DNA from: Thermomicrobiales bacterium
Lineage (GTDB): Bacteria; Chloroflexota; Chloroflexia; Thermomicrobiales; UBA6265
Assembly (NCBI GenBank): GCA_035944555.1
Contig: DASZAY010000028.1
Span: 2,158 to 66,157, forward strand
Reading direction: 5' to 3'
Length of the DNA stretch: 64,000 bases
The first letter of the stretch is position 1. Each line of letters begins with the position of its first letter. Below, in pieces: positions 58,780-64,000 of the stretch. The notes beneath the pieces were generated by a model. It worked only from the letters and a program-made list of their open reading frames with translations. It was not told the DNA's origin and did no database searches. A program made the position numbers and the translations under genes.

Positions 58780-59760
58780 GTGCACCCCTTGGAATACGGA
58801 CGAATCACCAACGTCAGCAAGCCGGTGTCGCGGATCGTGCAGGGCACGATCATGCTCAAGGTCGAGGACAAGGAGCAGGGGTTCCAGCTGCTGGACGATG
58901 CCCTCGCCGCCGGGATCACCGCCTTCGACACCGGACGGTCCTACGGCAACAACGAGCTGCTGTTCGGCGAGTGGGTCGCGTCGCGTGGTGTCCGGGACCA
59001 GGTGATGGTGCTGGGCAAGGGCGCCCACCCGTCCGGGGGCAAGGACCGCCGCGTCAACGCGATCGACATCCAGGACGACATCGACACGTCATTGAAGACG
59101 TTCGGGTTCGATCACATCGACCTCTACATCCTCCACCGGGACAACGAGGAGACGCCGGTCGGTGAGATCGTCGAGGTGCTGGATCGCAACCACAAGGCGG
59201 GCAAGATCGGCGGCTACGGCGGGTCGAACTGGACGCACCACCGGGTCCGCGAAGCCAACGAGTACGCGGCGGCCAACGGGCTGACCCCGTTCGTCGCGTC
59301 GTCGCCGAACCTCAGCCTGGCCGTCTGGAAGCAGCCGCCGTGGGCGGGATGCGTCTCGATCGCCGGGCCGGACAACGTTGACGCCCGGCAGTGGTACGCC
59401 GACAACGACATCGCGGTGTTGCCGTGGTCGTCGCTGGCCGGCGGGATGATGACCGGGCGCTTCCGGCGGGACAACCTCGACTCCTTCACGGAGTACCTCG
59501 ACCTGAACTCGATCGAGGCCTACGCCACGGAGGACAACTTCCGGAAGGTGGACCGGCTGGAGGAGCTGGCGAAGCACCGCGACTCCACCATCCCCCGGGT
59601 CGCGCTGGCGTACGTCTTTGACCAGCCAATGAACATCTTCCCGCTGGCCGCTCCACGCTCCGCCGAGCAGATCGCGGACAACGCCGAGGCGCTCAAGCTG
59701 AAGCTGTCGCCGGAGGAGATCGCCTGGCTGGAGTTGCGGACCGACGAGCGCCCCTTCTGA
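58780..59760 (+). CDS. Aldo/keto reductase
   Basis: GITAFDTGRSYGNNE, IDLYILHR and SSLAGGMMTG are typical AKR motifs. The start is GTG 58780 or TTG 58792. Confidence 0.88.
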   Translation: MHPLEYGRITNVSKPVSRIVQGTIMLKVEDKEQGFQLLDDALAAGITAFDTGRSYGNNELLFGEWVASRGVRDQVMVLGKGAHPSGGKDRRVNAIDIQDDIDTSLKTFGFDHIDLYILHRDNEETPVGEIVEVLDRNHKAGKIGGYGGSNWTHHRVREANEYAAANGLTPFVASSPNLSLAVWKQPPWAGCVSIAGPDNVDARQWYADNDIAVLPWSSLAGGMMTGRFRRDNLDSFTEYLDLNSIEAYATEDNFRKVDRLEELAKHRDSTIPRVALAYVFDQPMNIFPLAAPRSAEQIADNAEALKLKLSPEEIAWLELRTDERPF

Positions 59761-59764
59761 TCGA

Positions 59765-62700
59765 TCAGGCCGGACCCGGCCGGGCATTGAACGGAATCGT
59801 CGTGCCCGGACCGGACATGGCCCGAGCGGGCAGACCCGGTCGGACACCTGTTCGGTTCACGATCGGGAGACGGACCAGGAACGCGGCTCCCGATCCCGGT
59901 TCGGAGCGGACCGAGATGACTCCGCCGTGAGCTTGGGCGATCTCCCGGGAGATGTAGAGGCCAAGACCCAGGCCGCTACTGCTGGATTGATCGTCCACTC
60001 GGCCCTGGGTGAGCACCTCGAAGATCATGTCCAGATCCTGGGCCGCGATACCGGGGCCGTAGTCACGGACTTCGAGGACGGCGTCGTCCGCTATCCGCCG
60101 GAGGGACACGTCGATCTGCTTGCTGTCCGGCGCATGCCTGATGGCATTGGACAGCAGATTGAGGACAACCTGTTCCAGTCGGAGCTGGTCCCCATGGACG
60201 ATGAGGGTCGGGGTGTCGGACGTCACATTGATCGTATGATCCATGGTCGCGTCCCGCATGGTTTCCACGACCCGCATGGTCTCGACGACCCCGTCGACCA
60301 GCGCGACCAGGTCAACCGGCTCCAGGACCAGGTTCAGCTTGCCGGTGCGGAGGCGGCTGACGTCCATCAGCTGATCCACGAGGCGTGACTGACGCTGAGC
60401 CTGGGTCAGGGCACGCTCAAGCGTCCGACTGAGCCGCTCGTCGGCTACGCGGTCGGCTCGCCGCCGGGCAAGTTGCAGATAGCCCTGGAGCGCGGTCATC
60501 GGAGACCGGAGCTCATGCCCGGCGATATGGAGGAACTGCTCTTCCAGTCGTCGCAGGCGCCGGTCGGTCGTCTCGCGCATGACGAGCACTCCCCCGATCC
60601 CGTCACCCCCCATGAGCGGGCTTCCGGTGGCCTCGAACCAGCGGCTCCCGATCTCCCGGTCCATGACCGTGAATTCGGTCTGGAATGCCTCGCCCCGGGC
60701 TGCCCGTCTCTGTGGCGTCGACTCCGGATCGAGCGGGACGCCACGCTCATCGGAGATCAGCAACTGACCTCCGAAGCTGGTGAGCAACTGCTCGTATGCC
60801 TGGTTGGACTGCACGACGCTCCCCGACCGGTCAACCACCAGGACGGCCTCGCCGATGCTGGCAAGGATCGCCGAAAGACGTGCGCGTTCGGAGTCGTTGA
60901 GGTCGGCCAGTTCCTCGAGCTCGACGCTCCGTACGCTGAGCTCCTCGTTGGTGGCGTTGAGCTCCTCGAGGGTTGCCTGGGTTTCCTCGTTGAGCGTCTC
61001 AAGCTCCTCGTTGGTCGCCTGAAGCTCCTCGTTGAGCGTCTCGATCTCTTCGGTCGATACCTGGGCCGCCGCATTGACGATCCGGAGCTCCTCGCCCTGC
61101 TCCCGGAGCTCGTCGACGGTATCACTGAGTTCACGGTTGGCGGCGAGGAGCTGGCGGTTGGCAGTGACCATCCGGTCGACGGTTGCCCGCAGATCCGTGG
61201 ATTCCTCGTTCAGGCGGGACGAGAGGGTCGCTAGCGACTGCTCCATCGCGACGGTTTCGGAAACATCCTTGACCGTCAGCAGGACGCTCCTGAGGACGTC
61301 GTTCGCGTCCCGCTCTTCTGCCGAGCACCTGATCGTCAGGGTGCGCTCGTCGCCCGTGGCGGGTTCGGTAACCAGCACCCGGGAAAGCTCCGCAGGACCA
61401 CCTTCCCGGAACACCCCATCGATGACGGAGCGCAGATCGGCCGACGGGACCTGGCTGGCCATGTGGATCAGGTCGTTCTCGAGCGCGACGCCATGGATCC
61501 CGAGTAGCTGCCTGGCGGGACCGTTGATGAAGGTGATGTCGTAGTTCCGGTCGACGACGACGAGACCAATCTCGAGGTGACGCAGGATGGATTCAAACCG
61601 GGTGCTGCTCGACTGGGCCCGTTCTGCCTGGCGGTTGGCATCCCGGCGGGCATGCTCCGTCGACGACTGGATGGAGCGCTGGGCCTTGGCGGTCTGGGTC
61701 CCGCCGGTGATCGTGCTGACTGGCCACGATGCGCGGATCGCCGGTCGCGGGCCCTCCCGGCGGTAGACCCGGAAGCGCCGGTCCTGGATCCGGAACATCT
61801 CGTTGGCCAGGCGGGGCGTCTCGGAAGTACCAAGGACCAGATACCCGCCATCGCGCAATGAGTAGGCGAATGCTTCCAGGGTCTGCCGCTGCAGGCCGGC
61901 GGTGAAATAGATCAGGACGTTGCGGCAGAAGACCATGTCCAGGTGCGGAAAGGGCGGGCGCTGGCCGAGGTCGTGGTGTCCGAAGATCACCATGCTCCTG
62001 ATCGTCTTCCGGACCTCATAGGAGTTGTCGCGGGCGATGAAGTACCGCTCGAGCAGCTCGGGCGGGATACCCGCGACGGCGGCGGCCGGGTAGATCCCAC
62101 GGCGGGCGAAGGCGACCGCTTCCTCGTCAAGGTCGGTCGCGAAGATACGGACACCTAGGCGGACTCCCTCACCGAGGGTTTCCGCCAGGAGGATCGCGAG
62201 GGAATAGGCCTCCTCGCCGGTGGCACACCCGGCGGACCACATCCGGAGTTCTCGCCGCGATTCAACAGCCTCGGCGATGAGGCCCGGCAGGATCGCCTCC
62301 CGGAGGTACTCGTAGAGCGAACTATCCCGGAAGAAGCGGGTGACCTTGATCAGGAAACTGCTGACGAGCCGGCGCTCTTCGTCCGTGTCGGCCCGGAGCA
62401 GCCGGATGTAGTGGCTGATGGAGGTGATACCCAGGATCGACATGCGCCGCTCGATCCGGCGAAGCAGGGTAGGCATCTTGTAGGACGTGAAGTCGATCCC
62501 CCGCCTGGCCTGGACCTCGGCCAGCAGCATCGGGAGGTCCGGTTCGACCTGCGGATTGAGCCGGATCGGCGCCGTCACGAGTTTGGTCAGTACCGACCCC
62601 ATCTCGTCGATGGGAACTGACCAGTCGACGATCGAGGGTGGCAGGGCGCGGGGCATGGATGGGAACGCCGCCGTCTCCGGCGACTGGATGATGACGGTTC

Positions 62701-63163
62701 CCCCAGCCTCCTTGACGACCATGGCCCCTTCGGCCCCGTCCGAGCCCGAGCCGCTGAGGATGACCGCAATCAATCGATCCTGGTAAACCTCGGATGCACT
62801 GGCGAGCAGCCGGTTGATCGACGGCGCCGGGCGCTGGTCACCATCGAGATGGACGTCGACCTCGCCGTCACGGATGGTCACCAGCCGGTCAGGCATCACG
62901 ACATAGAGGTGACCTGGCTCAAGGGGAGTCCGCGCCTCGATCATCGTCACCGGCAGCGTGGTCCTGCGCGACAGGATGTCAGCCAGCTGGCTGTGTCGAT
63001 CGGGATCGAGGTGCTGGGCGATGACGATGGGCACGGCCAGGTCGTCCGCGAGGTCGCCGACCAGGTCCGAGAGGGCCTCGATCCCGCCGGCAGATGACCC
63101 GATCACGACCAGCTGCGGTTCATCGATCACGTCCAGGGGCAGGGCCAGATCAGTCATAGTCAT
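59765..63163 (-). CDS. Multidomain sensor: CheB-like methylesterase + CheR-like methyltransferase + PAS + coiled coil + HisKA/HATPase histidine kinase
   Basis: 1132 aa. The CheB-like part is VVIGSSAGGIEAL. The CheR-like part includes MWSAGCATGEEAYSLAILL and CRNVLIYF. The coiled coil EELQATNEELETLNEETQATLEELNATNEEL follows. HisKA is AGHELRSP and HATPase_c includes GLGLGLYISREI. Confidence 0.9.
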   Translation of the reverse strand: MTMTDLALPLDVIDEPQLVVIGSSAGGIEALSDLVGDLADDLAVPIVIAQHLDPDRHSQLADILSRRTTLPVTMIEARTPLEPGHLYVVMPDRLVTIRDGEVDVHLDGDQRPAPSINRLLASASEVYQDRLIAVILSGSGSDGAEGAMVVKEAGGTVIIQSPETAAFPSMPRALPPSIVDWSVPIDEMGSVLTKLVTAPIRLNPQVEPDLPMLLAEVQARRGIDFTSYKMPTLLRRIERRMSILGITSISHYIRLLRADTDEERRLVSSFLIKVTRFFRDSSLYEYLREAILPGLIAEAVESRRELRMWSAGCATGEEAYSLAILLAETLGEGVRLGVRIFATDLDEEAVAFARRGIYPAAAVAGIPPELLERYFIARDNSYEVRKTIRSMVIFGHHDLGQRPPFPHLDMVFCRNVLIYFTAGLQRQTLEAFAYSLRDGGYLVLGTSETPRLANEMFRIQDRRFRVYRREGPRPAIRASWPVSTITGGTQTAKAQRSIQSSTEHARRDANRQAERAQSSSTRFESILRHLEIGLVVVDRNYDITFINGPARQLLGIHGVALENDLIHMASQVPSADLRSVIDGVFREGGPAELSRVLVTEPATGDERTLTIRCSAEERDANDVLRSVLLTVKDVSETVAMEQSLATLSSRLNEESTDLRATVDRMVTANRQLLAANRELSDTVDELREQGEELRIVNAAAQVSTEEIETLNEELQATNEELETLNEETQATLEELNATNEELSVRSVELEELADLNDSERARLSAILASIGEAVLVVDRSGSVVQSNQAYEQLLTSFGGQLLISDERGVPLDPESTPQRRAARGEAFQTEFTVMDREIGSRWFEATGSPLMGGDGIGGVLVMRETTDRRLRRLEEQFLHIAGHELRSPMTALQGYLQLARRRADRVADERLSRTLERALTQAQRQSRLVDQLMDVSRLRTGKLNLVLEPVDLVALVDGVVETMRVVETMRDATMDHTINVTSDTPTLIVHGDQLRLEQVVLNLLSNAIRHAPDSKQIDVSLRRIADDAVLEVRDYGPGIAAQDLDMIFEVLTQGRVDDQSSSSGLGLGLYISREIAQAHGGVISVRSEPGSGAAFLVRLPIVNRTGVRPGLPARAMSGPGTTIPFNARPGPA

Positions 63164-63248
63164 CCCTGTTCTCTCCCTGGGACGGCTTCAACAGCCGGTC
63201 GAGACCGGAAAGGTCTCAACGTGTTCCATCTCTTTACGTCGTGACGCA

Positions 63249-64000
63249 TCACGCCGGTTGCGGGATCGCCTGGGCACCGATCGGGCCGGGGACCAGTTCG
63301 AGCAGATCCTTCAGCACGTCGACGTAGCGAGCATCACGCATCGCCTGCTCCTCGAACCGCTCCACGTTGCCCCCGTTCTGGCCGGCGGCCCGGGACCGGT
63401 TTGCCAACTGCTGGGAAAGGGTCGCCTTCTCCTTCAGCAGGCGGACACAGCTCCACAGGGCGGCCTCGATCTCCTCGGACTTGAGTGCCACGAGCACTTC
63501 CGGCGAGTAGGCGTGTCCGACGTGGCAGCGGAAGCTGAGCGATGAGCCAGTGCCGGCCTGCCACAGCACGCCACCACAGTCTGGGCAGATGAACATCGTG
63601 CTCTCGTCGCGTCGTTCGTCCTGACCTTGGCGGAGGAAGTCGGACTCGATGACCTGCTCGACGCGCTCGCTCTCGTCTGCCATGGCTGCGGACTCCTTCT
63701 CCTGAGAGGCAGGGACACCGACCAGCTCGATCAGGGTCTCCGCGATGCCAGTAGCCGGCAATACGTGGTCGACGTTGGCATGGAGGATGGCATTCTCCGG
63801 CATCCCGCCGACGACTGCCTCGGCCGGATCCTGGACGATCGCGATCCCGCGGTGTGCGTTGATCGCCATCAGCCCACTGCTCCCATCGTAGAGCGTGCCT
63901 GAGAGGATGATGCCGATCACGCGAGGGCCGTAGGCCCGGGCAGCGGAGCGGAAGAGTGGATCGACCGCTGGCCGCGTGTGGTTCTCCCGTGGGCCATGGG
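63249..64000 (-). CDS. CheB-type methylesterase domain protein with C-terminal zinc-ribbon/coiled-coil region (5' end beyond window)
   Basis: The frame stays open upstream of the track Met to the window edge (...HGPRENHTRPAVDPLFRSAARAYGPRVIGIILSGTLYDGSSG). The CPDCGGVLW...FRCHVGHAY motif is present. Confidence 0.8.
   Translation of the reverse strand, partial: HGPRENHTRPAVDPLFRSAARAYGPRVIGIILSGTLYDGSSGLMAINAHRGIAIVQDPAEAVVGGMPENAILHANVDHVLPATGIAETLIELVGVPASQEKESAAMADESERVEQVIESDFLRQGQDERRDESTMFICPDCGGVLWQAGTGSSLSFRCHVGHAYSPEVLVALKSEEIEAALWSCVRLLKEKATLSQQLANRSRAAGQNGGNVERFEEQAMRDARYVDVLKDLLELVPGPIGAQAIPQPA

Noticed and set aside
60890-61060. Periodic nucleotide repeats (…GAGCTCCTCGTT… recurring every ~21-30 nt), considered as a possible repeat array or CRISPR
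   Set aside because: They encode the EELxxTNEEL coiled-coil heptads of the CheBR histidine kinase, on the minus strand. There are no spacers and no cas genes. No CRISPR array is present anywhere in the window.

Overview
High-GC bacterial chromosomal window. Hand counts of 60-nt lines give about 65-72 % GC in most genes, with some clearly lower-GC genes. Coding density is high and many starts are preceded by strong GGAGG-type Shine-Dalgarno sites. Gene content (Ppm1/Pmt-type mannosylation genes, F420-type LLM/PPOX enzymes, a short YidC) suggests a monoderm high-GC lineage such as Chloroflexota (Thermomicrobia-like) or Actinomycetota. I cannot resolve that without a database search.

Most of the window is ordinary core genome:
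- purD, tRNA-Cys, and the origin-proximal string rpmH-rnpA-yidD-yidC-jag-(PfkB kinase)-mnmE
- nhaA, gltX, a Tat-exported rhodanese, lon, azlCD
- a CsoR/CopZ copper module and a CopC-CopD fusion
- oxidoreductases and a CheB/CheR-PAS-histidine kinase

Many long ORFs in the supplied track are high-GC shadow frames opposite real genes, and I rejected them.

Things worth a second look:
1. A ~13 kb block (35.8-48.5 kb) consists almost entirely of giant polytopic membrane proteins around a polyprenol-phosphate-mannose synthase. It includes two proteins of more than 1100 aa that each appear to fuse two different GT-C glycosyltransferase modules, and a paralogous pair of 750-850-aa membrane proteins of a family I cannot name. 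This is my best candidate for an undescribed system: an extracytoplasmic mannosylation / glycopolymer assembly line.
2. A dense DnaA-box cluster plus an AT-rich patch at 15.78-16.13 kb sits between convergent genes with no dnaA in the window. I read it as a putative oriC.
3. A strong intrinsic terminator lies 8 nt upstream of the nhaA ribosome-binding site, at the end of a ~450-nt non-coding leader. This is a candidate cation riboswitch or attenuator.
4. An orphan NERD-nuclease / coiled-coil / OST-HTH-like protein.
5. An internally duplicated membrane protein.
6. An M19 dipeptidase gene broken by three same-direction 1-nt frameshifts.

No CRISPR array, rRNA, transposase or integrase was seen. 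All functional calls rest on motif recognition by eye and need HMM/BLAST confirmation.
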